DNA of 64,000 nt from the human T2T-CHM13v2.0 reference genome, Homo sapiens. Both the position numbers and the translations under genes were made by a program. The notes beneath the pieces are model-generated. The model made no database searches, was not told the origin of the DNA, and saw only the letters and a list, made by a program, of their open reading frames with translations. Below, piece by piece: positions 44,401 through 58,800 of this stretch. The DNA is taken from NCBI RefSeq assembly GCF_009914755.1, contig NC_060940.1. One strand, 5' to 3'. Position 1 is the first letter of the stretch; each line of letters opens with the position of its first letter.

Positions 44401-47400
44401 GACTTCATTTGATGATGATTCCTTTCAAGTTCATTAGATGATTCCATTCGATTCCATTTGATGATGATCCCATTCGAGTCCATTCAGTGATTCCACTCGT
44501 TTCCATTCCATGATGATTCCATTCCATTCCATTCAATGATTCCATTCGATTCCGTTTGATGATGATTTCATTCGAGTCCATTTGATGATTCCATTTGATT
44601 CCATTCGATGATGATTCCATTCGAGTCCATTCGATGATTCTATTCGAATCCATTTGATGATTTCTTTTGATTATAGTTGGTGATGATTCCATTGGAGTCC
44701 ATTCAATGATTCCATTCGATTCCAATCGATGGTGATTCCATTAGAGTCCATTTAATGATTCCATTTGATTCCAGTCTCTGATGATTACATTCGAGTCCAT
44801 ACGATGATTCCACTCAATTCCATATGATGATGATTCCATTCGATTCCATTCGATGATTCCATTCTATTCTATTCAATGGTGATTCCATTCGAGTACATTA
44901 GATGATTCCATTCGATTCCATTCAATGATGATTCTATTTGTGTCCCTTAGATGATTCCACATGATTCCATTAGATGATGATACTATTTGAGCCCATCCAA
45001 TGATTCCCTTCGATTCCATTCGATGAGGATTCCATTCGATTCAATTCATTGGTGATTCTATTCAATTCAATTCTTTGATTCCATTCCATTCCATTCGACA
45101 ATGATTCCATTCGATTTCTTTCGATGATTCCACTCGATTCCACTTGACATTGATTCCATTCGATTCCATTCAATGATTCCATTTGATTCCAGTGGATGAT
45201 GATTGCCATCGATTCCATTCGATCACTCCATTCTATTCCATTTGATGATGATTACATTCGATTCCATTTGACAATTCCATCTGATTCTATTCGAGGATTC
45301 CATTTGATTCCATTCGATGATGATTCCATTCGAGTCCATTCGATGATTTCATTCGAGTACATCCAATGATTCCATTCGAGTCCATTTGATGATTCCATTT
45401 GATTCCATTTGATAATGATTCTACTAGAGTCCATTCAATGACTCCATTCGAGTCCATTCAACCATTCCATTCGACTCCATTTGATGATTCCATTCGATTC
45501 CATTTGATGATTCCATTCGAGTCCATTTAATCATTACAGTCGAGTCCATTTGGTGATTCCACCGGATTTCTTTTGATAATGATACCATACAATTACATTT
45601 GATGATGATCCCATTCAATTTCATTTGATGATGATTCCATTAGAGTCCATTCGATGATTTCATTCGAGTCCCTTCACTGATTCCATCCGATTTCATTGGA
45701 TGATGACTCCATTCGAGTCCATTCGATGATTCCATTCGATTCCATTAGATGTTTCCATTGGAGTCCATTTGATTGTTCCATTCGATTCCATTCGATTCCT
45801 TTCGAAGATTATTCCATTTGAGTCCATTCGATGATGATTCCATTCCATTCCATTCGATGATTCCGTTTGATTCCATTCAATGATTCCCTTCGATTCCTTT
45901 CTTTGATGATTCCATTCCATTCCATTCAATGATTCCATTCGAATCTATTCCATGATGATTCCTTTCGATTCCATTCGCTGATGTTTCCGTTCAATTCCAT
46001 TCGATGAGGATTCCATTCGATTCCATTCATTGAGGATTCCATTTGATTCCATTCAATGATGATTCCGTTCTATTCCATTCAATGATTGCATTCAATTCCA
46101 TTCAATGATTATCCCCTTAGAGTAAACTCAACGACTCCATTCAATACCATTCGATGATGATTCCTTTTGAGTCCATTCAATGATTTCATTCAAGTCCATT
46201 TGATGATTCCTTTCAATTCCATTCTATGATGATTCCATTCGAGTCCATTCGATGATTCCATTCGATTGCATTCGATGATTCCATTATATTCCAGTCAACG
46301 ATGATTCCATTCGAGTCCATTCGATGATTCCATTAGAGTACATTTAATGATTGCTTTGTTTTCAATTCGAAGATGATTACATTGGATTCCATTCTATGAT
46401 ACCATTCGATTCCATTCAATGATGATTCCACTCAAATCCATTGGATGATTCCATTCGTGTCCATTCGGTGATTTCATTAGATTCCATTCGAGGATGATTC
46501 CATTCGATTCCATTCGATGATTCCATTCAATTCCATTCGATGATGATTCCATTCCAGTCCATATGATCATTCCATTTGATTTCATTCGATGATGATTCCA
46601 TTCGATTCCATTCGATGATTCCATTCTATTCCATTCGATGATGATTCCATTCGAGTCCATTCGATGATTCCATTCGAGTCCATTTAATGATTCCATTGGG
46701 TTCAATTCAATGATGATTACATTGGATTCCGTTCTATGATTCCATTCAATTCCGTTCATTGACAATTTGATTCCATTCGATGATGATTCCATTTGAGTTC
46801 ATTCGATGATTCTATTCGATTCTCTTCGATGGTGATTCAATTCTATTATATTGGATGATTCCATTCGATTCCATTTGATGTTGATTCAATTCGATTCTAT
46901 TCGATGATGATTCCATTGGATTTCACTTGATGATTCTATTCGATTCCATTCAATGATGATTCACTTCTCGTCCATTGGATGATTCCATTTCATTCCATTC
47001 GATGATGATTCCATTCGATTCCATTCGATGATTCCATTTGATTCCATGCGACGGTGAGCAATTCGATTCAATTCCATGATGATTCTATTTGATTCAATTA
47101 GATGATGTTTCCATTCGAATCCATTCCATGATTATTCCATTGGAATCCATTTAGCGATGATTCCATATGAGTCAATTCAATGATGATTCCATATGGGTCC
47201 GTTCGATGATAATTCCATTTGATTTCATTCGATGCTTCTATTCTATTCCAGTCGATGATGATTCCGTTGGAGTCCATACGATGATTCCATTTGATTTCAT
47301 TTGATGATGATTCCATTCGATGATGATTACATTGGATTCCATTCTATGATTCCATTCAATTCCATTCGTTGATGATTCGATTCAATTCAATGATGATTCC

Positions 47401-47598
47401 ATTTGAGTTCATTCGATGATTCTATTCGATTCCGTTCGATGGTGATTCAATTCTCTTATATTGGATGATTCCACTCGATTCCATTTGATGATTATTCCAT
47501 TGGAGTCCACTTAGTGAATCCTTTAGATTCTACTCGAAGATGATTCCATTCGAGTCCATTCGATGATACCATTCAATTCCATTCGTTGATGCTTCCAT
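41489..47598 (+). repeat. 6,110-bp higher-order unit, flank-type variants
   Basis: Landmark 41489 to 47599. There is a 3-bp loss near 41730 and a 1-bp gain near 44300 (tgattcccattgaattcc). It carries flank variants gattaaaatcg, gactccagttg and tatagttgg. Confidence 0.88.
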
Positions 47599-49762
47599 TC
47601 AAGTGCATTCGATGATATCATTCGATTCCATTTGATGATAATTCCATTTGATTCCATGCGATGATTCTATTCGATTTCATTCAATGATAATTCCATTCAA
47701 TTCAGTGATTCCTCTGAACTCCATTTGATGATGATTTCTTTCAATGATTCCATTCGATTCTGTTCCAAAATGATTCCATTTGAATCCATTTGATGATGAT
47801 TCCATTAGATTCCATTTGATGATTCCATTCGATTCCATTTGACGATGATTCCATTCGATTCCATTTGATGATTCCATTCTATTCTATTCGATGATGATTC
47901 CATTCGATTCCATTTGATGATGATTGGATTCGATTCCATTTGATGATTTCATTTGATTCCATTCGTTAATGATTTCGATCAACTCCATTCGATGATTCCA
48001 TTGGATTCCATTCGATAATGATTACATCCGAGTCCATTCGATGATTCCATTTGAGCCCGTTCGATAATTCCATTTGAGTCCAATCAATGATTCCATTCAT
48101 TTCCATTCAATGATTCCATTCGAGTCCATTTGATCATTCTGGTAGGGTCCGTTCGATGTTGATTCCATTGGAGTGCATTCGATGATTCCATTCGAGTCCA
48201 TTTTATGATTTGATTCGAGTCCTTTCGATGATTCCATTCGATTCCACTCGATGATGATTTCATTCGAGTCCATTCGACACTTCCAATCGATTCCATTTGA
48301 TGATTCCATTCGAGTCCAATTGATGATTCCATTCAATTCCATTCGATGATGATTCCGTACGATTCCATTCTGTGATGATTCCATGTGATTGCATTCCATG
48401 ATGATTCCTTTCGATTGCATTCGATTATGATTCATTTCGTGTTCATTCTATGGTTCCACAGGTTTCCATTCGATGACGTTTCCGTTCGTGTCCATTCCAT
48501 TATTCCATTCTATTTCATTTGATGATGATTCCATTCGATTCCATTCATTGGTGATTCCACTCAATTCCATTCAATGATTCCATTCCATTTCTTTCAACAA
48601 TGATTCCATTAGTTTCTATTCGATGATCCACTTGATTCCATTTGGCGATGATTCCATTCGTCTCCATTCGATGATTCCATTTGATTCCATATGATGATGA
48701 TCCCATTCGATTCCATACCATGATGATTCCATTCGAGTCCATTCAATGGTGATTCCATTCAATTCCATTCGATGATTCCTTCCGATTCCATTCGATGATG
48801 ATGGCATTCGATTCCTTTCAATCATTCCCTTTGATTCCATTCAAAGGTGATTTCATTCAAGTCCGTTCGATAATTTCATTTGATTCCATTCTATGATGAT
48901 TCCATTCGAGTCCATTTGATGATTCCATTCAATTCAAGTCAATGATGATTCCATTCAATTCCACTCGATGATTCCATTGGATTCCATTCGATGATGATTC
49001 CATTCAAATCCATTCGATAATTCAATTCAAGTCCATTCGATGATGATTCCAATCGAATCCATTCAAAGATTCCATTCAATTCCATTCGATGATGATTCCC
49101 TTAGATTCCATTCGATGATTCCACTTGATTCCATTTACGATGATTCCATTCGATTCCATGTGATGAATCCATTCAATTCTATTCAATGATGTTTCCATTT
49201 GATTCCATTGGACCATGATTGCCTTTGATTCCATTCAATGATTCCATTCGGTTCCATTTGATGATGATTCCGTTCGATTCCATTTCATTATTCCATTTGA
49301 TTCCATTGGATGAGTCCATTCGATTACATTCGATGATTATTCCATTCGAGTGCATTAGATGATTGCATTCGAGTCCATTCGATGATTCCATTCGATTCCA
49401 TTCGATGTTGATTCTGTTCAAATCCATTCGATGATTCCACTCGATTCCATTCGATGACTCCATTTGATCCCATTCGATGATTTCCTGTGATTCCCTTTGA
49501 TGATCATTCTATTTGATTCAATTCGGTGATTTCATTTCATTCCATTCAGTGATGTTTCCATTCGACTGTATTCGATGATGATTCCATTCGACTCCATTCG
49601 ATTATGATTTCATTCAATTCCATTCAATAATGATTCCCTTCGAGTCCATTCGATGATTCCATTCGATTCCATTCAACGATGATTTGATTCGTTTCCATTC
49701 GATGATTCCATTTGATTCCACTTGATGATGATTCCATTCGAGTCCATTTGATGATTCCATTC

Positions 49763-51593
49763 GAGTCTATTTATGTATTATATTCGTGTCCACTTCATGA
49801 TTCCATTCAATTCCATTTAATGTTGATTCCATTTGATTCCATTTGATGATTCAGTTCGATTCCTTGCAATGATTCCCTACGATTCCTTTCTATGATGATT
49901 CCATTCGATTCCATTCATTGATGATTTCATTCGACTCCATTCGATGATGATTCCTTACGTTTCCATTTGACGATGTTTCCCTTCGAGTCCATTCGATGAT
50001 GATTCTATTCAATTCTGTTCTATTATGATTCCATTCGATTTCATTCAATGCTTCTATTTGATTCCATTCGATGATGATTCCATCTCTTTCCCTTCGATGA
50101 TTCCATTTGATTCCATTCAGTGATGATTCCATTTGATTCCATCTGATGATGATTTCACTTGATTCCTTTCAATGATGATTCAATTCAAGTCCATTCAATG
50201 ATTCCATTGGAGTCCAAACGATCATTCCGTTCGATTCCATTCAATGGTGATTCCATTCATGTCCATTCGATGAATCCATTCAATTCCATTCGATGATGAC
50301 TCCATTCGAGTACATTCGATGATTCCATTTGATTCCATTTGAAGATGATTCCATTCAATTCCATTCGAAGATGATTCCATTCAATTCCATTCGATGATGA
50401 TTCCGTATGAATCCATTCTCTGATTATTCCATTCGATTCCATTCATTGACGATTCCATTCAATTCCATTCAATGATGATTCTCTTCTATTCCATTCGATG
50501 ATTCCGGTCGATTCCATTCGATGATGATTCCATTAGATTCCATTCGATTGTTGCATTCGATTCCCTTCGATGATGATTCCTTTGAATTCCATTCGATTAT
50601 CATTCCGTATGAATCCATTTGATGATTATTCCATTGGATTCCTTTCGATGATGATTCCATTCGATTCCATTTGATGATGTTTCTCTTGTATTCCATTGGA
50701 TAATTCCTTTCAGTTCCCTTCGATGATAATTCTTTCGAGTCAATTCGATGATTCTATTCCATTCCCTTCGATGATGATTCCATTTCACTCCATTTGATGA
50801 TTCCATTCGACTCAATTTGGTGATGATTCAATTCGATGACATTCGATGACTCCATTCAATTTCATTTGATGATGATTACATTCGAGTCCATTTGATGATT
50901 GTATTCCTTTCCTTTTGATGATTATTCCATTCGTGTCTATTCAAAGATTCCATTCTATTCCATTCAATGATGATTGCATTTGATTCCATTCAATGATTAT
51001 GGCTATCGATTCCACTCGTTGATTCCATTTGATTCCGTTCGATGATTATTCCGTTAGATTCCATTAGAAGATTCCATTCGATTTTATTCAATGATTCCAA
51101 TGGATTCCATTCAATGATGATTCCATTCGACTCCATTCAGTGATTCCATTCGAGTCCATTTGATGATTCCATTCTTTTCCATTTGATGATGATTCCATTA
51201 GGGTCCATTCAATGATTCCATTCGAGTCCATTCGTTAATGCCTTTCGAGTCCTTTTGATCACTACATTCGAGTCCATTCAATGATTCTATTCGATTCCAT
51301 TCCATGATGATTCCATTCGAGTTCATTCGATGATTGCATTCGAGTCCATTTGATGATTCCATATGATTCCCTTCGACAATGATTCCATTCGTGTCCATTT
51401 GATGATTCCATTCATTTCCTATCGATGAAGATTCCATTCAAGTGTATTCGATGATTCCATTCAAATCCATTCGATGATGATTCCATTCCAGTCCATTCGA
51501 TCATTCCACTTGATTCCATTTGATGACTATTCCATTCAAATCCATTTGATGATTCCATTCTATTCCATTCGATGTTACCATTCGAGTATATAC
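49763..51593 (+). repeat. Alternative 1,831-bp HSat2 module, copy 2
   Basis: Same landmarks and boundaries as 287-2117 (offset 49,476). Confidence 0.9.
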
Positions 51594-53892
51594 GATGATT
51601 CCACTCGATTCCATTTGATGATTATTCCATTGGAGTCCACTTAGTGAATCCTTTAGATTCTACTCGAAGATGATTCCATTCGAGTCCATTCGATGATACC
51701 ATTCAATTCCATTCGTTGATGCTTCCATTCAAGTGCATTCGATGATATCATTCGATTCCATTTGATGATAATTCCATTTGATTCCATGCGATGATTCTAT
51801 TCGATTCCATTCAATGATAATTCCATTCAATTCAGTGATTCCTCTGGACTCCATTTGATGATTATTCCATTCAATGATTCCATTCGATTCTATTCCAAAA
51901 TGATTCCATTTGAATCCATTTGATGATGATTCCATTAGATTCCATTTGATGATTCCATTCGATTCCATTTGACGATGATTCCATTCGATTCCATTTGATG
52001 ATTCCATTCTATTCTATTCGATGATGATTCCATTCGATTCCATTTGATGATGATTGGATTCGATTCCATTTGATGATTTCATTTGATTCCATTCGTTAAT
52101 GATTTCGATCAACTCCATTCGATGATTCCATTTGATTCCATTTGATAATGATTACATCCGAGTCCATTCGATGATTCCATTTGAGCCCGTTCGATAATTC
52201 CATTTGAGTCCAATCAATGATTCCATTCATTTCCATTCAATGATTCCATTCGAGTCCATTTGATCATTCTGGTAGGGTCCGTTCGATGTTGATTCCATTG
52301 GAGTGCATTCGATGATTCCATTCGAGTCCATTTTATGATTTGATTCGAGTCCTTTCGATGATTCCATTCGATTCCACTCGATGATGATTTCATTCGAGTC
52401 CATTCGACACTTCCAATCGATTCCATTTGATGTTTCCATTCGAGTCCAATTGATGATTCCATTCAATTCCATTCGATGATGATTCCGTACGATTCCATTC
52501 TGTGATGATTCCATGTGATTGCATTCAATGATGATTCCTTTCGATTGCATTCGATTATGATTCATTTCGTGTTCATTCTATGGTTCCACAGGTTTCCATT
52601 CGATGACGTTTCCGTTCGTGTCCATTCCATTATTCCATTCTATTTCATTTGATGATGATTCCATTCGATTCCATTCATTGGTGATTCCACTCAATTCCAT
52701 TCAATGATTCCATTCCATTTCTTTCAACAATGATTCCCTTAGTTTCTATTCGATGATCCACTTGATTCCATTTGGCGATGATTCCATTCGTGTCCATTCG
52801 ATGATTCCATTTGATTCCATATGATGATGATTCCATTCGATTCCATACCATGATGATTCCATTCGAGTCCATTCAATGGTGATTCCATTCAATTCCATTC
52901 GATGATTCCTTCCGATTCCATTCGATGATGATGGCATTCGATTCCTTTCAATCATTCCCTTTGATTCCATTCAAAGGTGATTTCATTCAAGTCCGTTCGA
53001 TAATTGCATTCGATTCCATTCTATGATGATTCCATTCGAGTCCATTTGATGATTCCATTCAATTCAAGTCAATGATGATTCCATTCGATTCCATTCGATG
53101 ATTCCATTGGATTCCATTCGATGATGATTCCATTCAAATCCATTCGATAATTCAATTCAAGTCCATTCGATGATGATTCCAATCGAATCCATTCAAAGAT
53201 TCCATTCAATTCCATTCGATGATGATTCCCTTAGATTCCATTCGATGATTCCACTTGATTCCATTTACGATGATTCCATTCGATTCCATGTGATGAATCC
53301 ATTCAATTCTATTCAATGATGTTTCCATTTGATTCCATTGGACCATGATTGCCTTTGATTCCATTCAATGATTCCATTCGGTTCCATTTGATGATGATTC
53401 CGTTCGATTCCATTTCATTATTCCATTTGATTCCATTGGATGAGTCCATTCGATTACATTCGATGATTATTCCATTCGAGTGCATTAGATGATTGCATTC
53501 GAGTCCATTCGATGATTCCATTCGATTCCATTCGATGTTGATTCTGTTCAAATCCATTCGATGATTCCACTCGATTCCATTCGATGACTCCATTTGATCC
53601 CATTCGATGATTTCCTGTGATTCCCTTTGATGATCATTCTATTTGATTCAATTCGGTGATTTCATTTCATTCCATTCAGTGATGTTTCCATTCGACTGTA
53701 TTCGATGATGATTCCATTCGACTCCATTCGATTATGATTTCATTCAATTCCATTCAATAATGATTCCCTTCGAGTCCATTCGATGATTCCATTCGATTCC
53801 ATTCAACGATGATTTGATTCGTTTCCATTCGATGATTCCATTTGATTCCACTTGATGATGATTCCATTCGAGTCCATTTGATGATTCCATTC

Positions 53893-55723
53893 GAGTCTAT
53901 TTATGTATTATATTCGTGTCCACTTCATGATTCCATTCAATTCCATTTAATGTTGATTCCATTTGATTCCATTTGATGATTCAGTTCGATTCCTTGCAAT
54001 GATTCCCTACGATTCCTTTCTATGATGATTCCATTCGATTCCATTCATTGATGATTTCATTCGACTCCATTCGATGATGATTCCTTACGTTTCCATTTGA
54101 CGATGTTTCCCTTCGAGTCCATTCGATGATGATTCTATTCAATTCTGTTCTATTATGATTCCATTCGATTTCATTCAATGCTTCTATTTGATTCCATTCG
54201 ATGATGATTCCATCTCTTTCCCTTCGATGATTCCATTTGATTCCATTCAGTGATGATTCCATTTGATTCCATCTGATGATGATTTCACTTGATTCCTTTC
54301 AATGATGATTCAATTCAAGTCCATTCAATGATTCCATTGGAGTCCAAACGATCATTCCGTTCGATTCCATTCAATGGTGATTCCATTCATGTCCATTCGA
54401 TGAATCCATTCAATTCCATTCGATGATGACTCCATTCGAGTACATTCGATGATTCCATTTGATTCCATTTGAAGATGATTCCATTCAATTCCATTCGAAG
54501 ATGATTCCATTCAATTCCATTCGATGATGATTCCGTATGAATCCATTCTCTGATTATTCCATTCGATTCCATTCATTGACGATTCCATTCAATTCCATTC
54601 AATGATGATTCTCTTCTATTCCATTCGATGATTCCGGTCGATTCCATTCGATGATGATTCCATTAGATTCCATTCGATTGTTGCATTCGATTCCCTTCGA
54701 TGATGATTCCTTTGAATTCCATTCGATTATCATTCCGTATGAATCCATTTGATGATTATTCCATTGGATTCCTTTCGATGATGATTCCATTCGATTCCAT
54801 TTGATGATGTTTCTCTTGTATTCCATTGGATAATTCCTTTCAGTTCCCTTCGATGATTATTCTTTCGAGTCAATTCGATGATTCTATTCCATTCCCTTCG
54901 ATGATGATTCCATTTCACTCCATTTGATGATTCCATTCGACTCAATTTGGTGATGATTCAATTCGATGATATTCGATGACTCCATTCAATTTCATTTGAT
55001 GATGATTACATTCGAGTCCATTTGATGATTGTATTCCTTTCCTTTTGATGATTATTCCATTCGTGTCTATTCAAAGATTCCATTCTATTCCATTCAATGA
55101 TGATTGCATTTGATTCCATTCAATGATTATGGCTATCGATTCCACTCGTTGATTCCATTTGATTCCGTTCGATGATTATTCCGTTAGATTCCATTAGAAG
55201 ATTCCATTCGATTTTATTCAATGATTCCAATGGATTCCATTCAATGATGATTCCATTCGACTCCATTCAGTGATTCCATTCGAGTCCATTTGATGATTCC
55301 ATTCTTTTCCATTTGATGATGATTCCATTAGGGTCCATTCAATGATTCCATTCGAGTCCATTCGTTAATGCCTTTCGAGTCCTTTTGATCACTACATTCG
55401 AGTCCATTCAATGATTCTATTCGATTCCATTCCATGATGATTCCATTCGAGTTCATTCGATGATTGCATTGGAGTCCATTTGATGATTCCATATGATTCC
55501 CTTCGACAATGATTCCATTCGTGTCCATTTGATGATTCCATTCATTTCCTATCGATGAAGATTCCATTCAAGTGTATTCGATGATTCCATTCAAATCCAT
55601 TCGATGATGATTCCATTCCAGTCCATTCGATCATTCCACTTGATTCCATTTGATGACTATTCCATTCAAATCCATTTGATGATTCCATTCTATTCCATTC
55701 GATGTTACCATTCGAGTATATAC
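53893..55723 (+). repeat. Alternative 1,831-bp HSat2 module, copy 3
   Basis: Copy 2 plus 4,130, near-identical to copy 2. Confidence 0.9.
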
Positions 55724-55858
55724 GATGATTCCACTCGATTCCATTTGATGATTATTCCATTGGAGTCCACTTAGTGAATCCTTTAGATTCTACTCGAAGA
55801 TGATTCCATTCGAGTCCATTCGATGATACCATTCAATTCCATTCGTTGATGCTTCCAT

Positions 55859-58800
55859 TCAAGTGCATTCGATGATATCATTCGATTCCATTTGATGATA
55901 ATTCCATTTGATTCCATGCGATGATTCTATTCGATTCCATTCAATGATAATTCCATTCAATTCAGTGATTCCTCTGGACTCCATTTGATGATGATTCCAT
56001 TCAATGATTCCATTCGATTCTATTCCAAAATGATTCCATTTGAATACATTTGATGATGATTCCATTGGATTCCATTTGATGATTCCATTCGATTCCATTC
56101 GATGATGATTCCATTCGATTCCATTTGATGATTCCATTCTATTGCATTCGATGATGATTCCATTCGATTCCATTCGATGATTGGATTCGATTCCATTTGA
56201 TTCCATTCGATAATGATTTCGATCAATTCCATTCGATGATTCCATTCGATTCCATTCGATAATGATTACATCCGAGTCCATTCGATGATTCCATTTGAGC
56301 CCGTTCGATAATTCCATTTGAGTCCAATCAATGATTCCATTCATTTCAATTCAATGATTCCATTCGAGTCCATTTGATCATTCCGGTAAGGTCCGTTCGA
56401 TGTTGATTCCATTGGAGTGCATTCGATGATTCCATTCGAGTCCATTTTAGGATTTGATTCGAGTCCTTTCGATGATTCCATTCGATTCCACTCGATGATT
56501 TCATTCGAGTCCATTCGACACTTCCAATCGATTCCATTTGATGTTTCCATTCGAGTCCAATTGATGATTCCATTCAATTCCATTCGATGATGATTCCGTA
56601 CGATTCCATTCTGTGATGATTCCATGTGATTGCATTCAATGATGATTCCTTTCGATTGCATTCGATTATGATTCATTTCGTGTTCATTGTATGGTTCCAC
56701 AGGTTTCCATTCGATGATGTTTCCATTCGTGTCCATTCCATTATTCCATTCTATTCCATTTGAAGATGATTCCATTCGATTCCATTCATTGGTGATTCCA
56801 CTCAATTCCATTCAATGATTCCATTCCATTTCTTTCAACAATGATTCCATTAGTTTCTATTCGATGATCCACTTGATTCCATTTGACGATGATTCCATTC
56901 GTGTCCATTCGATGATTCCATTTGATTCCATATGATGATGATTCCATTCGATTCCACACGATGATGATTCCATTCGAGTACATTCAATGGTGATTTCATT
57001 CAATTCCATTCGATGATTCCCTTTGGATTCCATTCAATGATGATGGCATTCGATTCCTTTCGATCATTCCCTTTGATTCCATTCAAAGGTGATTTCATTC
57101 AAGTCCATTCGATAATTGCATTCGATTCCATTCTATGATGATTCCATTCGAGTCCATTTGATGATTCCATTCAATTCAAGTCAATGATGATTCCATTCGA
57201 TTCCACTCGATGATTCCATTGGATTCCATTCGATGATGATTCCATTCAAATCCATTCGATAATTCAATTCAAGTCCATTCGATGATGATTCCAATCGAAT
57301 CCATTCAAAGATTCCACTCAATTCCATTCGATGATGATTCCCTTAGATTCCATTCGATGATTCCACTTGATTCCATTTACGATGATTCCATTCGATTCCA
57401 TGTGATGATTCCATTCAATTCTATTCAATGATGTTTCCACTTGATTCCATTCGAACATGATTGCCTTTGATTCCATTCAATGATTCCATACGGTTCCATT
57501 TGATGATGATTCCATTCGAGTGCATTAGATGATTCCATTCGAGTCCATTCGATGATTCCATTCGATTCCATTCGATGTTGATTCTGTTCAAATCTATTCG
57601 ATGATTCCACTTGATTCCATTCGATGACTCCATTTGATCCCATTTGATGATTTCCTTTGATTCCCTTTGATGATCATTCCATTTGATTCAATTCGGTGAT
57701 TTCATTTGATTCCATTCAGTGATGTTTCCATTCAACTCCTTTCGATGATGATTCCATTCGACTCCATTCGATTATGATTTCATTCAATTCCATTCGATAA
57801 TGATTCCCTTCGAGTCCATTCGATGATTCCATTCCATTCCATTCAACGATGATTTGATTCGTGTCCATTCGATGATTCCATTTGATTCCATTTGATGATG
57901 ATTCCATTCGAGTCCCTTTGATGATTCCATTCAATTCCATTCTCCGATGATTTCTTTTGAGCCCATTCAATGCTTCCACTCGATTCCATATGATGATGAC
58001 TCCATTTGATGAAATTCCATGATGATTCCATTCGCTTGCATTCGATGATGATTCCACTTGAGTCCGTTAGAAGATTCTATTCAATTACATTCCATGACGA
58101 TTCTGTTCGAGTCCATTTGATGATTCCATTAGACTCCATTCGACGATGATTCCATTCGATGTTATTCGATGATGATTCCATTCAACTCCATTCGATGTTT
58201 CCATTCGAGTTCATTCTATTATTCCATTAGATTCCATTCGATGATGATTCCATTCGATTCCATTTGATGATTGCATTCTATTTCATTTGATGATGATTCC
58301 ATTCGAGTCCATTCGATGATTCCATTCGAGTCCCTTTAATGAATCCATTGGTTTCAATTCTATGATGATTACATTGGATTCCATACGTTGATGATTTCAT
58401 TCGATTCCATTCAATGATGATTCCATTCAATTCCATTCAATGATTCCATTCAATTCAATACGATGATGATTCCATTTGATTTGATTCGACAGTGAGCCAT
58501 TCGATTCAATTCCATGATGATTCTATTTGATTCAATTGGTTGACATTTCCATTCGATTCCATTCGATGATGATTCCATTTGATTCCATTCAAAGATGATT
58601 CCATTCTAGCCCATTCAATCATTCCATTCGATTCTATTCAATGATGATTCCATTCATGTCGATTTGGTGATTCCATTTGACTTCATTTGATGATGATTCC
58701 TTTCAAGTTCATTAGATGATTCCATTCGATTCCATTTGATGATGATCCCATTCGAGTCCATTCAGTGATTCCACTCGTTTCCATTCCATGATGATTCCAT

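Larger units (their letters stand above)
47599..55858 (+). repeat. Two tandem 4,130-bp chimeric units
   Basis: ORF pairs 48084/52214, 49179/53309, 49890/54020, 51198/55328 and 51729/55859 are all spaced 4,130. Confidence 0.93.

Noticed and set aside
5300-47600. Inversion or palindrome explaining the symmetric variant layers
   Set aside because: CATTC polarity never switches and all homologous landmarks are in direct orientation.
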